This document shows, piece after piece, positions 8,264-17,907 of a stretch of 64,000 nt of DNA. Made by a program: the position numbers and the translations under genes. How positions within the stretch are numbered: position 1 is the stretch's first letter; each line of letters opens with the position of its first letter. The stretch lies in assembly GCA_049322575.1 (NCBI GenBank), contig JBMORQ010000027.1, forward strand, positions 9,092 to 73,091, written 5' to 3'. The notes under the pieces were generated by a model. It was not told where the DNA came from. It did no database searches and was given only the letters and a program-made list of their open reading frames with translations. Source of the stretch: Patescibacteria group bacterium. GTDB lineage: Bacteria > Patescibacteriota > Microgenomatia > UBA1400 > PJMF01.

Positions 8264-10273
8264 TTAAAGTTCCTTGGGTACCACCAACTCACCTTGGTTT
8301 TTGTTTTTCAGTTCGGTCTTCTTGCTTAGGTAGCTTAAAACTAATTCTATGTAAACTGCGTGACTCCAAACTAATGGAGTAGCCGAAAGCGACTTGCCTG
8401 TTTCTGGATTGAGCTGTTCGGCTAAAATGCCAGACGCATAAACGTGATTGGCTACCCATGCCAACACCTCTTCGACTGATTTTAAGTCATCGGTCGTCAC
8501 CTCTGACTTATGAAGCAATCTGAGTGCTTCCCACATAGTGGTGATAAACCAGGGGTTGGGCTTGGTGTTGTCGCGGAAATAATTATCATGCTCATAACGA
8601 ATCATGCCGCCCACTGTATCGGGATTAGTTAGTCGAGCCACCGACTGTTGTTGAGTCGAGATAAAAAGCGGATCATCCTGGCTCAAAACTTCGAAATACC
8701 ATAGACCAAAGAGCGAGCTTGCATCTACCACCAACTCCCGGGTGATTTTTTCGCCATCGACTTTGACGTAGCGTACGAATGACTTCATCTCTGGTTCATA
8801 CAAGGCATCAATCATGGCACGTTTTACTTCGTTAGCCGCCTGTTTGTAGGTACGCATGTGATTGCGCTTACCAAGCAGCTCGCTGAAGTTTGCAGCTGCC
8901 ATCAAGCCGGCATAAACAGCACAACAGGTATATGTAGAAACTCCGTGAACCTCTTCCCACAGATCGTATGACGAAAAAGGCAAGCCGGTTTTTTCGTCTC
9001 TAAAACTAACTAGAAACTCGGCAATTTTCTCAATCATCGGTTTGTAGAGAGTTTCAATAAACTCAAGATCCTTAGAGACCTGATAGTGTCTCCATAAGGC
9101 AACCAAAACAGCTGCGCTCTCGTCTTCCTGAATGGGCAACTGCAAAATTTTGTCCTTCAACCAGCGCTTCTGCTTAACCGATGAATGCCAAGTCGAACCC
9201 AAACTCTGGTCCGAATTAAAACGATGATGAAGATAACCGTCTGGATGTAAAACCTGACTACAGAAAACAAAAAAAGGCTTGGTCACCTCAGCATAGCCTG
9301 CCTGGTTAAGGATCGAAACAATAAAGGCAGCATCGCGAGGCCACATGTAGGTGTAGTCATCCTTGCCATACTCGATCATCTCACTGTCGGCCGAGGCAAT
9401 GATGCTACCGCGGTTATCGACATGAGCCCGCAAAACGAAGAGTGAAGTGTCGAAGAGCCGCTTTTGATCATCGGGCAAAGTTTCCACGGCGGGATCGCGC
9501 TTGGCTAACCAAGCATGCCAATACTCCTCGGTCGAGTGAATCATACCCTCGGGGGTTTTCTCCCTGACAAGCTGATTAAGCTCGTAAGATTCGGCTAAGG
9601 ATTTGCCCGCACATATCCAATAAAAAATCCTCGACTTGGACTTAACATCCACCCTGCTGTGAAAGGAAACCACACTATCAACACTGCCGTGCTCAACAGC
9701 ATTTTTGGTCAACTCGCCATCTTCAGCATCTCGAAAAGATCCCTCTTTGCCCTCGAAAGCATAAGCACCGACGGTGTAATCCGACATCGGTTGCCCGGTG
9801 TCGCTCAGACCATTAACGATAAATACTCGACGACCCTTATAATGAACAATGGCGTTGTGGGTGGGATCAAAAAAAGCGGTGTTGCGTTTTTTATTTTCTG
9901 CAATCCAAAAAATCTGGTGGAAAAATATCTTGACAGTCAAGGCACCTTCACTATGATTGTAAACGTCAACCTGGCGCAAAAACACGTTTTTTTCGTTATA
10001 AACAATATCCTCCATCACTATACTTACCTGGAGGGATTCATTTTTGCAAACCAAGTAACCAACCATCGTCTCCGGCTTATAGCCAACATTAATCTGCCAA
10101 CTGCCATCGTCTAACCAAGTAAAGTGATCATTAATCATCAAACCAATACGATGTTTTTGTCCGCTAACATGGTTCTCTAAACCAACAAATGGATAATGCA
10201 TGTCCCGCACAAACCCGTGTCTGTCTAGGGTGACCAAAAATTGACCGTTACCTAAAACAAGTGCTCTTGCCAT
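8264..10273 (-). CDS. Glycoside hydrolase family 15 (glucoamylase-like)
   Basis: YMWPRDAA, QEDE, YDLWEE, LAEQ, PLVWSHA motifs. Confidence 0.92.
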   Translation of the reverse strand: MARALVLGNGQFLVTLDRHGFVRDMHYPFVGLENHVSGQKHRIGLMINDHFTWLDDGSWQINVGYKPETMVGYLVCKNESLQVSIVMEDIVYNEKNVFLRQVDVYNHSEGALTVKIFFHQIFWIAENKKRNTAFFDPTHNAIVHYKGRRVFIVNGLSDTGQPMSDYTVGAYAFEGKEGSFRDAEDGELTKNAVEHGSVDSVVSFHSRVDVKSKSRIFYWICAGKSLAESYELNQLVREKTPEGMIHSTEEYWHAWLAKRDPAVETLPDDQKRLFDTSLFVLRAHVDNRGSIIASADSEMIEYGKDDYTYMWPRDAAFIVSILNQAGYAEVTKPFFVFCSQVLHPDGYLHHRFNSDQSLGSTWHSSVKQKRWLKDKILQLPIQEDESAAVLVALWRHYQVSKDLEFIETLYKPMIEKIAEFLVSFRDEKTGLPFSSYDLWEEVHGVSTYTCCAVYAGLMAAANFSELLGKRNHMRTYKQAANEVKRAMIDALYEPEMKSFVRYVKVDGEKITRELVVDASSLFGLWYFEVLSQDDPLFISTQQQSVARLTNPDTVGGMIRYEHDNYFRDNTKPNPWFITTMWEALRLLHKSEVTTDDLKSVEEVLAWVANHVYASGILAEQLNPETGKSLSATPLVWSHAVYIELVLSYLSKKTELKNKNQGELVVPKEL

Positions 10274-10282
10274 ATACCTCCA

Positions 10283-11515
10283 TCATAACAGCCGTTCACG
10301 AAGATCGGCTAGTACAAGCGAATAACGTCGATATGCTTCAAAAGGATCTTGATAGGGACTAAAATATGCATGGATGTCGCCATCAGCCGACCACTTAGTG
10401 CACATGTAATAAAAATGGTCGCTGGTTTGAAGACATCGCCAGTCAGCGATGATCATCTCATCTTGACTCGCCAAAACCTCATTCTCCAACTCATAAAGGG
10501 CCCGCAGACTATCCTTCTGCAAATCATTGCCCAACCAAGCCGTTAGATCACGATCTACATCGGCCCAAGAGATATAACGAGGCACGTCGTAAGCGGGTAG
10601 GGAATGTTGGTCCTCGATTGCACTGAAAATCTGGGTCGGTGTCACAAATCTATTCCACTTGCTTTGCAAAAACTCATAAACAAAATGACGGAAGAACTCA
10701 AAAATGCCTGTGTCGCTCCATTGATGCTCTCCAAAAGTCTCAAAATCCATAAAAAGGTTGATGATTTCCTCACTTTTATACGACTCTAACCAGTGCAGGT
10801 ATTTTTTAGCAGACAGAGGGTGAGACTGCCAGTTTTTATCACCAAAACGAAAGGCGATGTCATCCGATAATTCTGCGTGTTTCAAGAGCAAAGGCAGATG
10901 ACTGGGCGTGTAACTCACATAAACTTGGGTTTTTGGCCTTTTTCCAAGGTAAGGTTCAACAGCCTCGGTCAGCATGCCTTGAAAGCCCAACTCTGCGACA
11001 GATTCGGCAATTTGATTAGAATAAATCAACTCTGTGTTGCGGAAAACTTTTGGTTTTTGGCCGAAAAGCTGACCGATGAGCTGAGAATGTTTATCGACTT
11101 GAGCCACAAATTCTTCAGGGGAGTAAAGAAAAGCCAACGAATGGTAATAGGTTTCACTCAAAAACTCGACTTGGCCAGATTCCGCCAGCTTTTGCAGTAG
11201 TTCAATTACCTCGGGCTGATACGCTTCTGCCTGTTCCAGAAAAACTCCCGAGGCGGAGATGGCAAAACAAAACTCGGGCTGTTGCTCGACCAACTCAAGT
11301 AACAAACTCAACATCGGCAGATATGATTTGGCAGAGACTTTGCGAAAAATTGCACAATTTATGTCTTCGTTTAGCTGTTTTTCGGCCAGATGGTTGTCTA
11401 CTGACGAACTCTCTTTGTGAGAGAAGTATCCAGAGTGATTACCGAGCTCAAAAACCTGAAAATCTCTCAGGCGATAGGGCTGATGCAGCTGAAAATACAG
11501 GCAAACTTGTGGCAT
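10283..11515 (-). CDS. Glycoside hydrolase family 57 (alpha-amylase)
   Basis: HQPYRL, ETYYHSL, FRNTEL, MDFETFGEH, QTSDHFYYM. Confidence 0.93.
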   Translation of the reverse strand: MPQVCLYFQLHQPYRLRDFQVFELGNHSGYFSHKESSSVDNHLAEKQLNEDINCAIFRKVSAKSYLPMLSLLLELVEQQPEFCFAISASGVFLEQAEAYQPEVIELLQKLAESGQVEFLSETYYHSLAFLYSPEEFVAQVDKHSQLIGQLFGQKPKVFRNTELIYSNQIAESVAELGFQGMLTEAVEPYLGKRPKTQVYVSYTPSHLPLLLKHAELSDDIAFRFGDKNWQSHPLSAKKYLHWLESYKSEEIINLFMDFETFGEHQWSDTGIFEFFRHFVYEFLQSKWNRFVTPTQIFSAIEDQHSLPAYDVPRYISWADVDRDLTAWLGNDLQKDSLRALYELENEVLASQDEMIIADWRCLQTSDHFYYMCTKWSADGDIHAYFSPYQDPFEAYRRYSLVLADLRERLL

Positions 11516-11541
11516 GAAATCAATTAATTGCTAAGAAACGA

Positions 11542-12765
11542 CTAATTACTAAGAAACGCCCGACGATAAACTTGGCGGATTCGAGCAGTTGCGCGATTCC
11601 ACTCCATCTTTTTGAGATCATTGAGTTGTCCAGCTGTAACTTCAGCGCGATAGCCTCGATCCTCAAGTAGTTCTACAACTTTCTTTGACATTAGCTCAAT
11701 ATCCCAAAAATCAACGGCGATGGCGGCGGGCATAACCTCGCTAACTCCAGAAGTCTTGGAAAGAACCACCGGGGTGTGACGTTGCGCTGCCTCAAGAGCA
11801 ACCAAACCAAATGGCTCAGAAACCGAGGGCATGATAAAGACATCGGCTCGATCAAGTAACTTTGCTTTCTGCTCATCGCGTACAAAACCACTAAACAAAA
11901 CCGTAGCCGAGAGCTTCTGTCCAGCAGTCTGAAAAAGCAGTTCATGGTAGAGGTGACCGGAACCAGCAATCACAAATAGGGTCTCCGGTATCATACTGAC
12001 CACCTTGCTTGCAGTTTTCAACAAATGATCAATTCCTTTTTGCATGGTTAAACGACCCATAAAAACCACCACCGGGCGTTTCTTGGCGAAACTCATTCTT
12101 TCCTCAGAGAAAGACGAGCCAATTTTCTCTATGCCATTGTGTACAACGTGAATGCGTGATTCATCGAGGTGATATTTCTCCACCAAAAGCCTCTTGGTGT
12201 AGTAACTAACGGCGATAATCTCATCTGCTAGCTTCAGCCCCTCTTGTTCAATCTTGGTAATGAAGGCACTACCATTTCCAGAGGGAACTCGGTCAAACTC
12301 AGTAGAATGGACATGAGCCACAAATGGCTTATTCATGTTTTTCTTAATCCTAGCAGCAGCTGGAAAAGACATCCAATCGTGGGCATGAACAACATCAAAA
12401 TCGTGCTTGATCTTCTTGGCTTTTTTCTCCACTATCTTGGCGTAATCGAAAACTTTTTGTTCAATCTCGCACCTATCCAGGGCTTCGAGATCAAAGGCAT
12501 CAATTTCTGACTTATCCAATTTGCGACGATTGCCAGGATGATAGGCATCAAAAGGGGGAGACTGCTTACTTTGCCAAGATTTATCATAACAGCCAATCAT
12601 TTTCATGTGGCCGACTTGACCGGCAAACTGATAGGGAAGGGTGAAATATATCTGAGTATTCTGACCAGCCAAGGCGGCAGTCATTCCCTGACAAGCAACA
12701 CCAAGACCACCACTGTTGTGTGGCGGATACTCCCAACCAATCATCAACACTCGGGGATGATCCAT
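11542..12765 (-). CDS. GT4 glycosyltransferase (glycogen synthase-like)
   Basis: GWEYPPHNSGGLGVAC, HAHDW, HSTEFDR, SEPFGLVALEA. Confidence 0.9.
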   Translation of the reverse strand: MDHPRVLMIGWEYPPHNSGGLGVACQGMTAALAGQNTQIYFTLPYQFAGQVGHMKMIGCYDKSWQSKQSPPFDAYHPGNRRKLDKSEIDAFDLEALDRCEIEQKVFDYAKIVEKKAKKIKHDFDVVHAHDWMSFPAAARIKKNMNKPFVAHVHSTEFDRVPSGNGSAFITKIEQEGLKLADEIIAVSYYTKRLLVEKYHLDESRIHVVHNGIEKIGSSFSEERMSFAKKRPVVVFMGRLTMQKGIDHLLKTASKVVSMIPETLFVIAGSGHLYHELLFQTAGQKLSATVLFSGFVRDEQKAKLLDRADVFIMPSVSEPFGLVALEAAQRHTPVVLSKTSGVSEVMPAAIAVDFWDIELMSKKVVELLEDRGYRAEVTAGQLNDLKKMEWNRATARIRQVYRRAFLSN

Positions 12766-12873
12766 CCTTGGTGATCCTACTAGTAATTATTATTTCTCAA
12801 CTTATCAGTTTACACGTTTTTGACCTCCTATTTCAATCAGATGTTTTAAGCTGATCTTGATATAATGATTTCG

Positions 12874-14103
12874 ATGTTAAAAACTCTCCTATATTCGCTA
12901 AAAAAATACTATCATTTTTTTAAAACTGGTCTGATGCGGGGTTTACCTGCTGAGATTAAGAATGGTTTTCCGGCAAAAAAACTCAAAATTGTCTGCATCA
13001 CTGGTACCGACGGCAAGACAACTTCCTCGACCTTGCTCTACCACGTTCTCAAGTCAGCTGGCAAAAAGGTTGCTTTACTTTCAACAGTTGCAGCCTATTT
13101 CGGTGATCAGGAAATTGAAACCGGTCTGCACGTCACATCTCCCAGCCCCGACGCTTTGCACAAACTTATGAGAAAAATGGTTGATGAGGGAATCGAATAT
13201 CTGGTCTTGGAGTTTACTTCTCATGGAGCATACCAACAACGCCTGTGGGGTATTAAACCTCTAATCGCTGGTGTGACCAATGTTAATTATGAGCATCTTG
13301 ATTACCACCTCAATTACCAAAATTATCTTGAGGCGAAAGCCAGTTTCCTGAAAAAAGCTAAAACTATCGTTCTCAACCAAGACGACATGTCATTCTACCG
13401 ATTGCGCAAGTTGATATCAAACAAAAAACACAACTTTTTGTCATACTCTGCTGAGGAAAAACTAGCGCCAGTGATTAAAAAAGCGCTGCAACAACGTTTT
13501 TCTGAGCCGTTCAACCAAATGAACTCACGGCTGGTAACAAAAATGGCCTTAGAACTAGGCCTTACGGAAAAAGAAATTGCAGCCAGCATCGAATCCTTCC
13601 CAGGTGTTCCTGGAAGAATGCAGTTCATTAAAAACTCACGAGGTCTGAAAATTGTGGTAGATTTTGCTCATACACCGCAGGGCTTGGATGCAGCTTTACG
13701 GGCCATGCGCAAGATCATGAAAGAAGAACAAAGCCGAGGTCGCTTAATTGCCGTATATGGTTGCGCTGGCCTACGAGATCAGGTTAAACGTCCCACCATG
13801 GGAAAAATCGGCGTTGAACTGGCTGACCTAGTGATCTTCACCGCTGAGGATCCCAGAACAGAGAATGTTTGGTCGATTATTCGCCAGATGAAAGAGCAAT
13901 TAACTGAAGGTCACGATAAAATCGTTACTATCATCGATCGACAAAAGGCCATTGATTTCGCCATCAATCGTTTGGCAAAAAAAGGCGACTACATCGGCAT
14001 TTTTGGCAAGGGACCTGAAAAAAGCATGTGCTATGGCAAAATTGAGTATCCTTGGAGTGAAAGCCTAGCCGTGGAAAAAGCTCTACAAAACAAAAATAAT
14101 TAA
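12874..14103 (+). CDS. murE: UDP-MurNAc-tripeptide synthetase, short form (start 12874 preferred; 12865 lies inside the -10 box)
   Basis: ITGTDGKTT, EHLDYH, VPGRMQ, VDFAHTP, GCAGLRD..KRPTMG, EDPRTE. Confidence 0.9.
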   Translation: MLKTLLYSLKKYYHFFKTGLMRGLPAEIKNGFPAKKLKIVCITGTDGKTTSSTLLYHVLKSAGKKVALLSTVAAYFGDQEIETGLHVTSPSPDALHKLMRKMVDEGIEYLVLEFTSHGAYQQRLWGIKPLIAGVTNVNYEHLDYHLNYQNYLEAKASFLKKAKTIVLNQDDMSFYRLRKLISNKKHNFLSYSAEEKLAPVIKKALQQRFSEPFNQMNSRLVTKMALELGLTEKEIAASIESFPGVPGRMQFIKNSRGLKIVVDFAHTPQGLDAALRAMRKIMKEEQSRGRLIAVYGCAGLRDQVKRPTMGKIGVELADLVIFTAEDPRTENVWSIIRQMKEQLTEGHDKIVTIIDRQKAIDFAINRLAKKGDYIGIFGKGPEKSMCYGKIEYPWSESLAVEKALQNKNN

Positions 14104-14115
14104 GACAAGACCGAG

Positions 14116-15558
14116 ATGGAAAATATTAATATTTTTTTCAACTGGAAGAACTTTTATTTAGTCGGCATCAAAGGTGTGGCCATGACCTCGACCGCTCAAT
14201 TGCTGCTCGATGCTGGCAAGGGAGTCAGGGGCAGCGATGTCGCCGAAGACTTTGTCACCAAGGATCTCTTGGCCGATACTGGCATCATTGTTGATGTTGG
14301 TTTTGAGTCAGAGCTGCCAACCGGAACCGATTGTTTAATCTACACTAGCGCTCATGGCGGACCAAACAATCCCCAGGTTCTGCAGGCGCAAGCCTTGGGC
14401 ATTCCCTGTTTATCTCAGGCAGAAGCTCTATCAATCTTTTTTAACCAAAAGAAAGGAGTGGCTGTTTGTGGGGTAGGCGGAAAATCAACTGTCTCAGCTA
14501 TGATTGCTTGGATTTTGGAAAAAACTCGACAAAATCCTTCATATTCGGTGGGAGTGGGACGGATTCCTGGCTTGGCCCGCACCGGAAAATGGAACGAGGC
14601 AAGCGAATATTTTATTGCCGAAGCCGACGAGTACGTGACCAACCCTCAGGTCGGGTTATCGGGGCAACCAATCACCCCTCGGTTTTCCTTTTTGAAACCG
14701 TATCTAACAGTTTGCACCAACCTAAAGTTTGACCACCCTGATGTTTACCGCGATTTTGAGCATACAAAAGACGTCTTTACTGAGTTTTTTAGATCGACAA
14801 AAAACGGCGGCCAACTAATCATTAACGGCGACAACCCTGACTTGCGTCAAATTGCTCAAAAACTCGCTGAAAAAGGCTTACCTCATAACAGCTATGGAGA
14901 AAGCGAAAACTGCCACTATGTTTTACGTGACTATCAATCAACAAATGGCCGAACTTACGGCAAAATCTTTAAGGATAACCAATTAGTTGGGGAAATTTCC
15001 TTACAAATTCCTGGAAAATTCAATTTATTGAACGCTCTAGCTGCGGTTGTTTGCTCAATTAAACTAGGCACTTCAATTAATCAAAGTACCGAGGCATTGA
15101 AAACTTTTAATTCAACCATGAGGCGTTTTGAATTTGTGGGTGAAAATAACGGCGTCTTGTTTTATGACGACTATGCACATCATCCGCACGAAGTGGCAAG
15201 CTCAATCCAAGCTCTTAATGAGTGGTATCCCGATGCTAAAAAAGTCATTGCCTTCCAGTCTCACACCTATTCTCGTACCAAAAAACTCTTCGATGATTTT
15301 ATGGGAGCGTTTAAGAATGCCCAAAATATTGCCATGATTGAGATTTTTGCTTCGGCACGTGAAGGGCTTGACCCAACGGTATCGAGCGATCTGCTATGCC
15401 AAGCAATTAAAAACAAATGGCCCGAAAAAAACGTAGAAAATTTGAGAAGTCTAGAAAATTTGGCTGGTTTTTTTGCTAATTTAGAGCCAGGAAGCGTTGT
15501 TTTAACGGTTGGGGCAGGGGATATCTATCTTGTCTATGAAAAAATGGGCATGAGGTAA
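14116..15558 (+). CDS. murC: UDP-N-acetylmuramate--L-alanine ligase
   Basis: VGIKGVAMT, GSD, GVGGKSTVS, EADEY, DHPD, DDYAHHP, FQSHTYSRT, GAGDI. Confidence 0.93.
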   Translation: MENINIFFNWKNFYLVGIKGVAMTSTAQLLLDAGKGVRGSDVAEDFVTKDLLADTGIIVDVGFESELPTGTDCLIYTSAHGGPNNPQVLQAQALGIPCLSQAEALSIFFNQKKGVAVCGVGGKSTVSAMIAWILEKTRQNPSYSVGVGRIPGLARTGKWNEASEYFIAEADEYVTNPQVGLSGQPITPRFSFLKPYLTVCTNLKFDHPDVYRDFEHTKDVFTEFFRSTKNGGQLIINGDNPDLRQIAQKLAEKGLPHNSYGESENCHYVLRDYQSTNGRTYGKIFKDNQLVGEISLQIPGKFNLLNALAAVVCSIKLGTSINQSTEALKTFNSTMRRFEFVGENNGVLFYDDYAHHPHEVASSIQALNEWYPDAKKVIAFQSHTYSRTKKLFDDFMGAFKNAQNIAMIEIFASAREGLDPTVSSDLLCQAIKNKWPEKNVENLRSLENLAGFFANLEPGSVVLTVGAGDIYLVYEKMGMR

Positions 15559-15787
15559 AAGTGATGCCCAAGGATTTTCAGCAAAAGGTGTTTTTTCGTG
15601 CCTGGGAGCTGAATAAGTCTGCAAAGGGCTGATAGACTTATAGCGAAATATGACTTTTCGATAGAGATGTTATTTGACTACTGGTCTAATAAGTAGCTGC
15701 AGACTTCGGGAAGAATGTTATAATCTTGGTGTTATTTATGGCTATTGCTTGAAAGTGAAAACTTTAAGCTTGGTCAAAAAAACCATC

Positions 15788-15871
15788 GCCTCTGTGGTGG
15801 AATTGGTAGACGCGCGAGACTTAAAATCTCGTTCCGGCAACGGAGTGTGGGTTCGATTCCCACCGGAGGCA
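15788..15871 (+). tRNA. tRNA-Leu (UAA)
   Basis: Cloverleaf; anticodon arm CGAGA-CTTAAAA-TCTCG; long variable arm; GGTTCGATTCC. Confidence 0.95.
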
Positions 15872-15991
15872 CTTTCTAGTACTATTGTATATATGTATAT
15901 GTGTGCTAGAAGACAGCTCGGGAGACGGCGAGCAAAAATCGATGACAGCTGATTGTTGTAAACAATAAGCCAGTCGACACAAATTAAGAAA

Positions 15992-16065
15992 CGGAGAATA
16001 GCTCAGATGGCTAGAGCGCACGGTTTGGGACCGTGAGGTCGCAGGTTCGAGTCCTGTTTCTCCGA
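15992..16065 (+). tRNA. tRNA-Pro (UGG)
   Basis: CGGAGAA/TTCTCCG acceptor stem; anticodon arm CACGG-TTTGGGA-CCGTG; GGTTCGAGTCC. Confidence 0.95.
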
Positions 16066-16073
16066 CACATAAG

Positions 16074-16100
16074 AAAATCCGGCACACGCCGGATTTTTTT
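16074..16100 (+). terminator. Intrinsic terminator after tRNA-Pro
   Basis: AAAATCCGGC-ACAC-GCCGGATTTT followed by T tract. Confidence 0.85.
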
Positions 16101-16110
16101 ATGTATTTCG

Positions 16111-16187
16111 ACAGGACGACTTGCACCCGATCAAGCGAAATCAGAAAAATAAGATAGCTTGAGCCTGACGAGGGTGAGTCCTGTTTC
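16111..16187. repeat. Long imperfect hairpin containing a 12-bp copy of the tRNA-Pro 3' region
   Basis: ACAGGAC/GTCCTGT, CACCC/GGGTG and TCAAGC/GCTTGA nested pairings; GAGTCCTGTTTC at 16176-16187 equals tRNA 16049-16060. Confidence 0.55.
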
Positions 16188-16266
16188 CAAATTACTTCTC
16201 AGACTTCGATCAAGGATGAGCCTATTTTGTAGTAGAATTGTGTAAATCCTATGTGAAAGTCAGTTA

Positions 16267-16947
16267 ATGAAAACAAAACAATCATCATTAAAACTTAACA
16301 GGCTTCCATCCATAATTTTCCTGACAACCATAGTTTTTTTCGCTTTCGTTTTTGTTGGAACTATTTATTTTAAAATATTTAAAAGCAATACCGCTCTACA
16401 ACCAAAGATCGCCGATAACCAAGAGTGGATTAATAAAAATCAACACGACTTTACGCTGATTTTTGTTGATATGTTTGATCAGGCAAAACAGTGTTCTGAA
16501 AAGGGCAACATTCCACACATTTTTTCGGACTATCTTGATAATTGTGATGGATTAATCCGCTCGCGACTTGATTCATTTAATTCTCTCCTAAGCATTGATA
16601 CAGCCACTGCTACAGAATCACGGAAACCAATTTATTTCATTCGCCTGAATGAAGGTGGATATATTGAAAAACTATTTCAGTCAGGAGTTTATTATCAAGA
16701 TAAAATTGACAATTCAAATGATCTAAAAATAAAATATGTTTTAGAGGGTAAAAAAAGTCCACATCCATTCCCCATGTTTACTTGTGATGGCGGAGACGAC
16801 CTTCCTTGTAACTGGCTGCCTCTAAAAATGATTCTTCCAGACAGACGACTATTAAAGGATTTTTATTCTGAAATCGAGCTAATTTATCCAATTAAAAATG
16901 AATCAGGAGAAATAATTGGTGCGGTCGTCATTTTATACGCTGATTAA
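16267..16947 (+). CDS. Hypothetical membrane-anchored extracellular protein
   Basis: Single N-terminal TM helix, 4 Cys; C-terminal YPIKNESGEIIGAVVI resembles the end of a Cache-like domain. Confidence 0.65.
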   Translation: MKTKQSSLKLNRLPSIIFLTTIVFFAFVFVGTIYFKIFKSNTALQPKIADNQEWINKNQHDFTLIFVDMFDQAKQCSEKGNIPHIFSDYLDNCDGLIRSRLDSFNSLLSIDTATATESRKPIYFIRLNEGGYIEKLFQSGVYYQDKIDNSNDLKIKYVLEGKKSPHPFPMFTCDGGDDLPCNWLPLKMILPDRRLLKDFYSEIELIYPIKNESGEIIGAVVILYAD

Positions 16948-17026
16948 AATCAATTATTGTTAAAAATTGCTGCAAAACCTCCAAATCCCTCAACAATTAT
17001 TTAAATTTTCCTGCTAGAATACACAC

Positions 17027-17893
17027 ATGACAGGAATAATTGGTGCGATTATTGGTGCGACTGGTTTCGGCACAGCCAATATCGTTATCAAAAAATCACT
17101 TTCAACATTAACCATCCCTCAAACACTCATGATGTCGACACTGTCTGGCATCTTTTTTTTGACAATCTTCGCTTTGCTTTCTCATGGATTTGCTGATATT
17201 ACTTTATCAACTTTTCTGGCAGCTATAGCTTTAGCCGGTGGCGAAACCTGTTTATATCTAATTCTCTACAAAACCTTTGATGTGAGTAACGTGACGGTAG
17301 CCGCTGCCGTTTCAGGCACTTATCCACTACTTTCTACACTTGTTACAGCTTTGTTGTTCTCTGAGTTTCCCTCACAAAGCCGACTGTTTTTCATCTTTTT
17401 ACTTGTTGTGGGCGGTATTGTCACCAGCATCGATTGGAACGGTGTTTTCAAAAATGGCTTCGATAAAAAGGACTTAGTGAAGGGTTTTGGTTGGATTGTG
17501 GCCACAACTTTTATTCATGCCTTATACTTTCCTCTTCTGGGCGGTTTTACGGCCAATGGTGCGTGGCAAACCAAACTACTTTTAATAAAAATCGTGTCGG
17601 CGATCTTGTTGTTCATAGTGTTTTTCGTGATAAGAAAGCAAAGCGTTTTGCCTTCAAAAGACAGAATGCCTTTCACTTCTTTGCTTGGATTGTTAGAAGT
17701 AATTGGATGGGCAGGGTATAGCTGGGCCAGCAATAGCACAGATGAACAAAAGGCCGTATTAATAGCCGCGCTCAATTCATCATCGTTGGTCACCGCAATC
17801 TTGGCATATTTCTTTCTCAACGAAAAACTGTCAAAATTCCAATATCTTGGAATAATCATGATCATAGTTAGTCTTACTGGACTATCGTTTTAA
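17027..17893 (+). CDS. EamA/DMT family transporter
   Basis: ~10 TM helices, duplicated halves, ILAYFFLNEKLS motif. Confidence 0.85.
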   Translation: MTGIIGAIIGATGFGTANIVIKKSLSTLTIPQTLMMSTLSGIFFLTIFALLSHGFADITLSTFLAAIALAGGETCLYLILYKTFDVSNVTVAAAVSGTYPLLSTLVTALLFSEFPSQSRLFFIFLLVVGGIVTSIDWNGVFKNGFDKKDLVKGFGWIVATTFIHALYFPLLGGFTANGAWQTKLLLIKIVSAILLFIVFFVIRKQSVLPSKDRMPFTSLLGLLEVIGWAGYSWASNSTDEQKAVLIAALNSSSLVTAILAYFFLNEKLSKFQYLGIIMIIVSLTGLSF

Positions 17894-17907
17894 ATTTGAA
17901 AGATAAA

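Noticed and set aside
15674-16126. ORFs 15674..15952(+) and 15821..16126(-); likewise 51385..51636(+)
   Set aside because: They run across tRNA genes and have no protein motifs
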